Assembly (NCBI GenBank): GCA_051294905.1
Contig: CM119372.1
Location: forward strand, 12,216,001 to 12,280,000
Direction: 5' to 3'
DNA length: 64,000 nt
Source of the DNA: Botryllus schlosseri
Taxonomy: Eukaryota
Program-made: the position numbers and the translations under genes
Part shown: positions 36,601 through 48,249 of the stretch, piece after piece
Numbering within the stretch: the stretch's first letter is position 1
Layout: every line of letters begins with the position of its first letter
The notes under the pieces: model-generated
What the model saw: the letters and a program-made list of their open reading frames with translations, nothing else
Told to the model about the DNA's origin: nothing
Database searches by the model: none

Positions 36601-39600
36601 GTATGCGGATAGTGCTTTTTTGTGGCACTAATATTCATCTTGGATTTGATTTGAAAGCGCAATCAGATAGTTTTTATGAGTGTTGAAAAAGCCTCAAAGT
36701 CTGTCGAAACATTTTACTTGTGCATCATCAATCATCTATTTTTGCATGAGTACACAAGGTACAAAGTACAAGGTACAAGGTACAAGTACAAAGCTATCAC
36801 TGAAGGTACGCATCGACCAGTATTACTTTAGGCAACTGAAAAGTAATGAACATTAAAAGAAAGAAATGACTTTGCAACAGTGTGTCTGGTGCATCTCATC
36901 GCGCATTGCCTGTTTTGAATGGATGGAATTTCTGGTAAAAGCTCGTTTATGGTTTACGACATTCGTATCTGATCCGTTCAAACACATAACACCCGTAAAT
37001 CTACTAAGCTATGAATACTACATTAGGAAGGAGATGAGATTCTAAACATGTCTCTTACATGTGTTTTTGTTTTCAGTATATTCTTCTGCTTAATGTGGAG
37101 CGGCATAAACAATAACACCCAACTTGCTTTCCAAGCTACGCGGACAGCGATAGTATTTGTGTTTGTAGTGGAACTGGTATTGAGAATTTCTGCGGACGGT
37201 GCAAAGTTATTGAATATTCTCGATATACTCGACATCTCCATGATTGTGATTGCTGTCGTGGGCAACTTTACGTGGTGAGCTTAAATTTTATTTTATCAGT
37301 CCTCTAATCTGATTAAGGTTCCGTGACTGATATATAACAATTATTCTAAGAAATTTCAATCTTTCATGGATATATTTGGTGGAAGTCATCATAAAATGCG
37401 ACACAATTATCTGATTCGCAGGTGTTGAAATGGGTCGAGATCTCATTTATTCTCAATTTATTATTATTATATCTGGCCTAAGATTTTCAAGGACATCATA
37501 CATTAAACTTGAGAACCCATCACTATTCACGACTCATATACTTTGCTCCTCGATATATCTTCTGTTACTTTTCTGTTACTTTTCCGTTACTTCCGGTGTG
37601 TATGACTCTCATTTACATATTCTAGGCCAGTGCTGGTGCTTGATTGAAAGAATACTACAAGCCGTTATCATACACTTCTAGTCAAGTAACAGGTCTTAAT
37701 AATGATTTCAGATGTCAAACAATCATTTTCACAAATATGTATTCCTGAGTGTAGCTCATGAATTGTTGTGATATGTTTTCTCGCAAATTTGCATATTTCT
37801 AGGTACATTTTGTGGTTCGGTACTACGATTCAAAATTTGCAATTGTATCTCGGAGCATGTGTGGTGACTTCCTCTCTTGCGGTCATCGCCAGACTACTGT
37901 TCAATTCCGAACAAGCTCGGTCCGCGGTTCATATCTTACGCAACATATATCCCGTCATGTTCGATCTCATCCTGCTGGTCGTAATAATCATATACTTCTA
38001 CGCCATTCTCGGATTGGAAATATTTCAAGATAAGTATGTGGCGCACAGTCGTCGATTGGAACATTTAATTTTAAACACACATTCTATCGCGCAGCACACT
38101 GGAAAAAAGCAATGCTACGGGCTTCGAGGGAAGTTATGTGCAATATGGCTGCGGCGTCGGGTTTCAAACATTTGGATGCGCTCTCATGATTGTATTTCAA
38201 ATCGTGACTACTAACGATTGGCACCAAATCATGCTAGGCGCAATGATAGACGCCGGTGAGGTTGAAGAAAATATGTCACTCGAGTTGACAATGTCTAACA
38301 GGCATTCTGTGTTTGTCTGACAGGCTGGGCCTCTGCGTTTTACTTCATATCGTGCTTTCTGATCATTGATATGATTGTGATGAACCTGTTTGTTGCGATA
38401 TCAATTGAAGCGTATAAAAAGTTGGCGAGGGACGACAAGGCCATTACTACAAAATCGGAGACTGCGCCTGATTTCGAAAGCATGGACGAGAATCTTCCTG
38501 ACGGAGAGTCAGTCGCCAGTAATAATATGGCGGCCGGCAGTCGAATGAGTAAGGAGAAATCGGTAAGTATCTTTTTGCTGTGTGCGGACTAGTTTTAAAC
38601 AATAAAATGTAAGTGGTAGCGACCGCTATGTTACGTTATTTTTGTGTGACACTTCTGCATATGTCTCCGTGTGTTATCATCCAGCTGACATGCTTACATG
38701 ATTGAATTTCAACAATTTAATGCTTCTGTAGACCAACTTATGTGATTTTATCAATATTTTCGAGTCGAGGACCTTCTCCTAATTTTCATTGCTGTAATGT
38801 CACACGTTGCCTTGAATTATTGAAATTTAACTACAAGTGTATCAATGATTTTCATTGTTATATATACATTATCATCAAACATTGCAAAATTCTCGATGGC
38901 CCCCAGTTTGCGAATGCGAGCGTCTCGAAAAATGAACAATGAGTGAGAAAACCACTCACTCTTTCAATATCCCCAGGAACGTTCGCTGGGCGAGGCCGCC
39001 AAAGACGCTTTCACCGGAATCTTTGCTAGCACCCGAGCCAGGAAATTCTCCAATCCTCCGACGGTTCCGAATACCGTCGGCATGCAGTTCGGCAGGACCG
39101 GACCGAGAGGCTCTATCGCGATCACGAGCGTGCATACTGACACAAGCGATGACAATGACTCTGTCGATGATACGATACTCAGCCTTGGGAGACTGTCCGG
39201 TATGTGTCGAATGGAATTTATCCGACTACACAGCTTTTGGTTATGCATTATCTGTCGTGTTTAGGCTCGCAGAGATCGAGGAATCGCAATTTCCGGGTTT
39301 CGTCTGATTCATCGTCTTCTAGGAAGAGGGGAAGCCTACCGGATGGGGCATGGCCATCCCAACCCAGGTAATTTCAGCGCCTGTACTCGCTTGCTATTTC
39401 CCGAGGGAAGAAATGGTGGTGGCGGTCCTAACTAGTATCTATACATATTCCGCTATGTTATTTATTTTTATTTTTTAATCTGGAATAAAAAGTGTCTAAA
39501 ATATTAGTGTGTCTGTTAGGGTTTGGACCTCAAGAAATCCCCAACCCGGAATTCCTGGGTTTTAAACAGTTTTTCTGATCCTGATCCTGGAATTGATTCT

Positions 39601-42600
39601 AATAAAATCCATGGATTGCTAGAGTTCATTTACAAACGCTGATGTAGCGCCATAGTACTTTTTTTGTGAAATTGACAAGTAATATAATATATAAATGTAA
39701 TTTCGGTTGCGCGCATATATTCCTACTTTGCTAAGTCACATCGTCACTTCCAGTCAAATCTTATGTTTGACGAATCAATAAATGTCTCTCTGTCTGAAAT
39801 AAAAATGTGTATCTAGCTCGGGGGTTCTCAAAGAGTGGGCCACAAGAGCATTTGAGGTGGGCCACAGAGCTATTTGAAAAATTTTAGAAATAATCTAAGT
39901 TTAGTAATATTTGTTGTGTTATTAACTAAAAAATAAATTCATATTAGTTGATTATACGTTGGCTACTTTAAGCTTTTTATCCGACTCCGATGAGACGCAG
40001 TGGTAGGTATGGAGTCCACATCTCAAGTCGAAAATGGGAGGCAGAAACAGCGGCTTTTTCCACTGGCTATAACTACCTATGGCTAACAGCAACTAAAATA
40101 ATTTCGCGTATACAATACCTGGAAGGTAATGCTGAAGTAACCAATTATTCCGGCAGGGTCATAATGTCGTATGCAGTTGAATGAGGTGTATACGTGCAAT
40201 AAACTCGGAATGAAGTGTGATTGATTTACTGTACTTCGGCAAGTCGTATTATTGTAAGTTAAAAATGGCCACAACTGCAAATTATTAGCAACTTCTGGTG
40301 GAGGTATACTGCACCACCGCAACGAATAGTAATGAATTGAGGATTCAGCGGAGCGCATTAATATTTGGAGTTTGTTTAAATTGCATGCCTGGAAATCAAT
40401 GTACATAATGGAAGAGTCACGTGGATTGATAGTATCACTGGATTGAATATACCGACATCGCAACTTCAGTTGGTTCAGTACGTGACATAAAATGTACATT
40501 GTACAGCATGATTATACTATTCCTCTCAATAGTGGAACTAAAATCCCCATTACACAGTGTATGCGGGAATCCGATCATTGTGTTTCGCGAAGCGAATGGA
40601 GCAGCGGACGATCATAAAATACTCAGAAGTTTTAGCAGAGCCGTAACTGCCGCACCCACACCCTCAATCGGGGGAGCTAGAAGGGGCCCAAGATTATTTC
40701 GTTGGTCGTTTGTTGAAGATATTCATTCAACTTGAAAATTTTCGTCCCGACATGTTCATATTTTAATTTCATTAGTCAATAAGGAGAAAAATGCGCATAT
40801 TTTAGAGAAATAGGCATATCGCATCACGCATTGAACAGGATTATGACTTTCAGATTAGAGGTGGGCCACAGCACATTTTCAAACCGGAAAATGGGCCACG
40901 GCGAAGAAAGGGCTGAGAACCCCTGATCTAGCTGAATAGAATTATTATCCATTGTCCGGGTCAGGATTTTGTATTGAAATCAGTCCGGAATGTGACAGTC
41001 TGTATTTTATTAATTATAATATATTTTGAATATTGACGATGGTCAGTGGTCATCGTTGATTTGCAGCCGGCCCAAAACAGTTCCTATCCGTTTTACCGAA
41101 TGTGTAAATTACTAAACTTTCATAAACAAATGGTCCTGCTGAGACGAGTCCCCTTCGCTTTTATACAGCTCTGAACAGACGGTACCCAGAGCGGGACTGG
41201 GGATGGATAGGAGAGAAAAATTCAAAGCAAGAAGCGAACGCCTAAAGAGAGAGAGAAAAGAGAAACAAAGGAAGCAGCAAGCCGAAGAAGAAGCGACAAG
41301 CACAAACACCTTGAACGTTCCGTCTCCGAAACTGAGCATATCCGGTAACAGAATAGGATTGATATTTCAGATTGTGTCTGTTTGTTTGATCGCGCATTAA
41401 TTGCGCTCAATCCATCACGAAAGTGTGCTATAAAGATCTTAATGTAGATAATCCTCACAATTGACTTTGAAACAGTTTTATCTGGTACGGTTGTCTCTAT
41501 TATCAACTAAAACAGCTAGTATTTGTATAATATTTGTATATATCTATTTGTATATATGACAGCGTCGAAAAGACAAGAGTCACCACAAAATATCACTGTC
41601 ACTCACACCGTACTTGATGAAATATGGAAGACAATTTTAGTTTGTAACTTAATTCAAACTCTCCCAGAGCCTGGTGTAGATCCGAACAGGGGCAAGTGAA
41701 TTGAAGGAGCATTATTATTCTCACTCAATAATATTACCACTCTACTTGATGACTAGCTCTATGATGAATCTACTCAACTGAGGTAAATAAAGTCATTTCA
41801 GTTCAGTTAAGTTTAATATTAGTTTCATCATTTCAAGACACCGCAAGATTGCGATAAAATGAAAAGATAGGAAGGAGTTAAAACAACTTGCCGTAGTCTC
41901 TCGATCAAACAGCCACGTTTGCCTAGAGTCCTAGAACATGTAAATAAGAGGCATGAACTAAATTAATATCAACCGAAGATAACATAAAAAGGTAGACCAA
42001 TGGAAATGACGTGGAACATATCGGATACTGCTAATTATTTGCCTTCATATCACAAGATACGAATTGGACTGGGATTTTTGGCATTATTTCATCACAGAAT
42101 GGCAAGCGAATCCGTGTTGCAATGCACTTTACCATACTTTTCTCATCTCAGATGTTGTAAAATTGAAACGTGTGGTGAAAATCCTGAAACCCTACGACGC
42201 CAAAACGTCGGCAGAAATGAACGTGAAGGAAGGTCAAACGTTTTACGTCTCGGAAACTATGGGGGACATGTATCACGGGCCCAACGGATGGTTTCCGAAA
42301 AAAGTGGCACTCGACGTCGGCATGCAAGCGTCGGACGACCCATTTACAGAAGATATGAATGCTCCCGTTAAGAAAAAGAAATCCGTCAAATTTGTCAACT
42401 TCCAGGTAGAATCAGTACTGAAGTGCTTTTGAATAGTGGGTTGATATGCGTTGGTTTTCAAGGTCGAAAACGAAGTACTTCCGAAAGATCCGGGCACTCC
42501 TCCGATGGGTAGAGCGTCGCCATTAACGGGTATGTACGAATAGGTTCAGATATATGTATGAAGTTTTTCAATTTTCATACCAACCACCAACACGCTCTCA

Positions 42601-45600
42601 GGTTCGCAATTGCCGCATCGGCCGTCTGTAGGGAAGATGAGAATGAGGAAAGACGGCAACACTTGGAGAAGGGACATTCACGGCGAAATGACCGTGATGA
42701 ATAAGCAAGAGGTCATAAACTCTTTACTAGATCATGTTTATTAGCTTTTACTTTGCATACAATTCCGCCAACCGCTTTATGCATTTGTCTGTGGAAACGC
42801 TGCGTTGCTGAGACCACACAATGTGATAACAGATGTCTTACGCAGACGTGGTAAAAGTATTCAGAGTTGCTGCTCATTGCTCAAGTAGAAATAACCCTGT
42901 AAATTTCTACTCAATTTTTGATATATTGAGCAATATCTAAGATATGTCAAAACTACTTCAATTGGAAGGAGAAAATGAAAGATTTGAAAAGCAGCCTGAT
43001 AAGTAGCTTTGAAGTGTAGGTTTGATTTTGGATTCGCATACTTTTAGCAGTTGATCAGAGGTGACTAAATTCCAAATTACAATATGTATCTTCGCGACTC
43101 GTGTAAAATCTTCCATAATATATTAAGTTACTATGATACAGGGACTACTTCATATACAAAAGACACGCAAACTTATCTCAAAATCATTTCCTACTTTTTA
43201 AAATCCAAATTGTAAAAACTAAGTAGTTTTCCGTGGATGCTGTTCCAGTAGAATTGGTAGTAGTGTATAAACATAATCACTCGAGTCTTTGGATTTCACA
43301 ATTTTGGTTCCAATAAGTTATAGCTGACATGAATGGCTTCGAGAAAGTGAATGTTAGGTAGGCTTACCATACGTCCTCCTTTAACAGGATTTGTCCTCCT
43401 TTGTGAGGAAATTGAAAATTTTCACTGAGAGCGCCCAAATGTTCTCCTTTTCTGCAATTCGCCCGCCTTTACAGCTAGTGCTAGACCAGTGGTTCTTAAC
43501 CTTGCCCCCAGCGCCCCCCAGGGGGCGCTGGCGATGTTGAAGGGGGGCGGAAACGCTCAGGGGGCGATATGGGGGGCGCTGGGCTCAGGGGGGCGGTATG
43601 GGGGGCGCTGGAGAAAAATGGCTTCGCAGTAGATGATGTGGTGATAGGACATATCCTAAATGAGTATTCAGAGCAAATTCACACCGAAAACTTCGTTACA
43701 TATAGCCTTCAAAATACATATAGGTTTAATTGTCCATGGGCGCCTAAATGACTGACAGAGAATGTTCCTGTCTTGGCAATCTGAACCCCAGAAGACGAAT
43801 TCCATCTGGCAGGGAAAAATTATATGTCAGTGAAGAAATACCAATCTGAAATGGTGTGCGTCTTTTAGTTTAGTACGATTGGGCGACAGGGATATTCCTG
43901 TTGGGCGATATCCCCGTTGAGCGATTCTATATTTTTTGATATTGCAGACAGGGGGTCACGAAATAACATCATGCAACGAGGTCATACCAACGGGTTCACC
44001 CGCCCGAATATGTTTAATTATTGGTAACGGGCCCTACAGTTTCCAAGAAACCTCACAATGTTCGCTTTAAGTTTTGATGAGTCTGCGCACACTCAACAAC
44101 TCACTGCGCTGACCCTTGAACAACAGTGCGTAACGACTAAAAAAAGGTAATAACTCCGGATTTGTTGTGCGCAACGTAGATTTTCTGTGCGCAGAGACCG
44201 TGTCAGCACTGCGCACGTGCGCAGCTTAGAGGGACCATTGCACCTAACTCAGCTCTACCGGTAAATAAATGTGTTTACGTGAGCAGAGAGAGGATAAAAA
44301 TTGATCTCAATTTACATGCAATTCCCGATGATATTGACCAATTCAATCATTAATTAGTGAAATTTTTCGCACTTCGCGCGACTAGGCGAGAATAGCTCCC
44401 TCAGTAAATGGACACCCAATGTAGATACCTAATAGGCTATCAGCGGACAGCCTAATGGAGGTCTGGGAGCGAAGTCCCCCGGAAGTTTGGTTTATCACCC
44501 GATGGGGGCCCAGGACCAACGTTTTATGTTTGGGGAGGGGGGCTGACGAAGTGCTGTTACGGCCCTGGTAACGAATAATTGTACCTGCGGGAACGCCCGA
44601 ATATGTTTAATTATTAATTACGTGCAACTTATTTTCCTATACAACAGCTCACTCAGTGTTACTGGTAAATCTGATTACGTGGGCTGAGAGGATAAAAAGT
44701 TTATAGCGACTTATAAATGTAATTACCATGCATTATGGAAAATATGCAATTACCATGCATTATAGCAAATTTTGGTACCTAGGGCGACCAGGCCACACAA
44801 ACTTTGCTGACCACCAAAATCACGATATGGGGTTCGTGGGGGCGAAGCCCTCAAAAGTTCGGTTTATCACGCTATGGGTGCGCAAGGCAATCGTTTTTAG
44901 GGGGGTTGACGAAGTGCTGTTACGGCCCTCCCTCTTACTCATTGTCTTTATTACATTCCTTACAATATGAAGTTGAGGGGGGCGCTGGAGCACAATAATT
45001 TTTGAAAGGGGGCGCTGGACGAAAAAAGGTTAAGAACCACTGTGCTAGACTAATGGATAGGGTGGACTGAAAATCGGCATAAATGAGGCGAAATAGGTAA
45101 TGCGGACGTTCGAGCGAGTCATTCGGGAGTCGAATCATAGTGATGACTTTTTTTTTAGTCAACACAAGATTTCCAGTGAATATTTCAAAATCAGCTGTTT
45201 TCGTTTTCCTAAAACTATCTATGAAAATGTCCTCCTTAACGGATCCCCATATATGGTGACCCTTATGTTTACAAAGTACAGAGGTGGTCAGTAGCTTTTC
45301 GAAGGACTTCAAGTAGATTTTACCTAGTCACACTACTTTCTCAGTTGGATATTATTTTAGACTAATTCTACTTTTTCGTGACAGTTTTCAGTTTTTTAGG
45401 CAAAACCAAGCCTTAAATACTTACTTTTTTTCTTACTTGCATATTTCTACTTCTACTTGAGTACCGATGGTTACGACTTTCGCTAACTCTGTCAAAGATC
45501 CATGCCTTGGTTTTAATCCATGTTATTCCAATCTAAATCACCCTGAAAACCATTTCAGGCACAAGAGCTTGCCAAGCGATTACGAGGAGGGAAGATGAAC

Positions 45601-47658
45601 TATGAACGCCACCAGTCTAGGCTTAACCTCATGAAGTCCAATGTCAGCCGACTGAGTCTTCTAAACACCAGAAGGTAAGCCCACCCTCGTTGTCTTGTGT
45701 ATTTATAGTTGTTGATCTTTTCATTCTCGGTACGCTTATGTTGATGCTATCTTTACTATCTCCTGTTTGATCTGTCAATATTTCTATTCCACCACCAGAC
45801 AGCATTTGCAAATTATCTTTTTATACCTTTGACACAATCAATCTGTTTCCAGGTCAAACGATGAAATCTCACAGCAAATAATCGAGGAGAGGGAAGAGGA
45901 ATCTACGCCTCCATTGCCAATTTTGAAAGTGTCGGAGGCACAATCATCATCGGAACCGAGCGTAGCAAGCAATGATGATACAGACGCAAGTACTCAAAGT
46001 CAGTGTTTTTATGCTATTCAGTCGGAGGAAATCAATGTGTAATCTCGGATAATATTTCTTCAATACAATATTGGTACGTAGAGCAGACATGAATCACTTC
46101 ACACAAGTAGAAAATTGGTGCTTTGGAACATGCATACTGCTCATATCAGGGGCGGGCAACATACGGCCCACGGGGTTCTGAGCAGCCCGAAGAGAGTTTC
46201 TACACTGAAAGCGAATTATAATCTGAAAGTATTGACAAATTTTATGCGTCTCAATCCAAGTTTGCCAACCGGATAAACTACTTGTTCTGTTCGGGTCTAC
46301 ATACATTTGTGAGCAAACATTTTCGACCATGAATAATAAACAAGACAAGGCTGCGTTCCAATATAACGTGCAGTCTTTACTAAGGGTTTCTACATCCGAC
46401 ATGCAGCCACAGTTCAACGAACTTGTTGACAACTTTCATCGACCACAAATGTCTGATTGACTTCAACAGCTATTGAAGTACATTTGGTTAATAAATTCAC
46501 TCAATACTGTTTTTGGTCTATATCCTTTAAACTTAAAGTTTACATTGAATACGTTTTATTCCTTGCATAGGTGTATAAATACGCAATTAATGTATCGATT
46601 CTGTAATCCGGCCCGCCGAGCACTTCAGGTTCCCATATCAGGCCCGCCGACCGGAGAAGTTGCCCGCCCCTGGCTTAAATGAATAGGTTTAGGTTTGGAA
46701 CAACTTCTGGAAATTATGAAACACAATGTCTGGAAATTATGAAACACTATTTCATGACTAATTTGAGATGCCTGACGATATGAAAAAGCTATACGATTCT
46801 CCAAGTTATTTTCCATCGCTGTGGCGTTATATATATATATTTTTCATCGCAGTATATCCGTGACTTCAATGCTGAAAATCAGTGTTCTGTTCACAAATAT
46901 AGGTTTGAGCTGTGTCCAGGGATTATACTAGTTTGATGCATGATACATCACAAAACTATCAATATCTGTCTATAAATTACTTAACATGTGATAATATTAA
47001 CTAAGGAAAGCTAGGTCAGGTGGGTGTCTGATTTCGAAGACTGCTCCGAGTCGTTTCGACACCTTCCTATGTTTCATTGTATCGCAGTCTTGTGGTGTAT
47101 TAAAATGATGAAATTGTTAGCAATAAATTGAATTGAGTTGAGCATATCTCTCGTTTTGCAGCTACTTAGGAATTGGTGCGATTCTTTTTTATTTTACCGA
47201 CACAAATCTTCAGATAACGACACTTTGACCGTTCCCAAATCGTCGGGAAGGAATAAAGCCAAGCCAAAAGGCAACGGCGAAATCCCTAGCTGGTTGAAAA
47301 ATTTCGTGGCGAGCAACGGAGTAGAAGTGCAGGACGACTTGAAATTCGACGAAAGCAAACTGAAATCTCCTGCCGCCTCCGACGACGATGAGTATGCAGC
47401 CATATCTTTAAAAAATTTGATCACCAAATCGGAGTTTCCGTGTATCTTCACAGGTATAACGAAATACTGGACTGTTCGAAAAATCCTGGTACTTCCTCAC
47501 CTATGGAGATTTCACCAGTTCAAGATGATCCTGCAAATGATCAAGATAATGATTCGGGAACTGCATCTAATGGCTTAAAGCGTAACACTTCGGTGGATAG
47601 AATGTCCGTCCATGATATTGATGAAGATAATGTCAATTCTCTTAACTCAGTGACCTGA
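30650..47658 (+). CDS. Divergent two-pore channel (TPC)-like cation channel, 2x6TM with EF-hand linker and C-terminal SH3-like domain, ~1358 aa
   Basis: 27 exons with consistent phases, total 4077 nt ending in TGA: 30650-31003, 31477-31631, 31714-31833, 31894-32034, 32237-32309, 32799-32909, 32968-33077, 33726-33749, 33910-33976, 34925-35082, 35297-35411, 36039-36233, 36338-36384, 37077-37274, 37803-38033, 38095-38255, 38324-38562, 38977-39199, 39265-39367, 41169-41344, 42152-42405, 42463-42529, 42602-42711, 45559-45674, 45853-45998, 47214-47391, 47454-47658. TPC hallmarks: pre-S1 LAAAHINDAINSR, S4-I RLIAPFRCLRAAMLL, pore-I FDNIAIASVHMFVLMSTENYPDIIIPAF, pore-II FQIVTTNDWHQIM, S6-II IVMNLFVAISIEAY. 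The start ATG and first donor are the least certain parts. Confidence 0.88.
36750..36793. repeat. Short GTACAA(G) tandem repeat
   Basis: gtacacaaggtacaaagtacaaggtacaaggtacaagtacaaag. Confidence 0.8.
39819..40925. mobile_element. Non-autonomous hAT-type element (1107 bp)
   Basis: CGGGGGTTCTCA..TGAGAACCCCTG; perfect TSD ATCTAGCT; subterminal GTGGGCCAC repeats. Confidence 0.88.
41815..42030 (-). mobile_element. L2/CR1-like LINE 3' fragment
   Basis: TTTCATCATTTCAAGACACCGCAAGATTGCGATAAAATGAAAAGATAGGAAGG matches the same family. Confidence 0.65.
43359..45264. mobile_element. TAGGGTTACCA-family element interrupted by a younger hAT insertion
   Basis: TAGGCTTACCATACGTCCTCC..ATATGGTGACCCT; GTCCTC subterminal repeats as in 53051-53390; TSD eroded. 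Confidence 0.6.
43487..45042. mobile_element. Non-autonomous hAT (Charlie/Buster-like) element with nested fragments
   Basis: CAGTGGTTCTTAACCTT..AAGGTTAAGAACCACTG; perfect TSD TGCTAGAC; GGGGGCG subterminal repeats. Confidence 0.92.
46147..46672 (+). mobile_element. hAT deletion derivative retaining transposase C-terminus
   Basis: TIRs CAGGGGCGGGCAAC / GTTGCCCGCCCCTG, TSD 6/8; the + frame from ~46287 reads LFGSTYICEQTFSTMNNK..LRVSTSDMQPQFNELV (hAT dimerisation-type motif). Confidence 0.85.
47010..47135 (+). mobile_element. L2/CR1-like LINE 3' end fragment
   Basis: GGTGGGTGTCTGAT..GTCGTTTCGACACCTTCCTAT..CATTGTATCGCAGTCTTGTGGTG..AATAAA. Confidence 0.7.
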
Positions 47659-48243
47659 CGAAAAATTGTTTATCCTGTGCTTTCGTCATCTATGTGCTAT
47701 ACGCTGTAGCGGTCGGAGATTTGAAAATTAACGTATATTTACGAATGCATTTTAGTAAATACAAGAGAGGGCATTGCTTCATTTCACCAGAGTCTTTAAA
47801 CAGATCGTGAAGACTATGTGTGTTATTTGTTTAACGGTAGGCCTGCACAAGTGACTATGTCCCAATGTCTGTTCAGTGTTCACCTTTTTACGATTTATTT
47901 ACATTGTTGTGACATATTGCTATACGCTTTCGTTACTTTGAAGCGTCACTCAAGCTCATTCAATTTTGATCAACTTGATTGTGGCATTTCCAGAGTTTGT
48001 GGTTTACGAATGTCTTCTTAAATTTTGTCGTTTTCAAGTCAGTACATTTTTTATCCGGACTTTTTAGCCTGTGGTCGGCTTATTATGCACTTTGTCCTTC
48101 GTGAGACGTTTTCTTGAGATTTTTTAAGTTTGATAACATACCGTCGTAATCAATGAATATTTCAATTCTGCGCTGTTGTAATTGCGTCATGTGCAATTGA
48201 TATTGTAATTTTTTGATACTGGTTTGTGATTAACGCAGATGTA

Positions 48244-48249
48244 AATAAA
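48244..48249 (+). promoter_or_regulatory. Candidate polyadenylation signal (AATAAA) of the channel gene
   Basis: AATAAA about 590 nt after the stop codon, following a T-rich 3'UTR-like tract; motif only. Confidence 0.35.

Noticed and set aside
30650..47658. Calling the channel Cav, Nav, NALCN, CatSper or a specific TPCN gene
   Set aside because: Exactly two 6TM repeats were found (not four or one), and the filters match none of TPC1/2/3, so no symbol was assigned.
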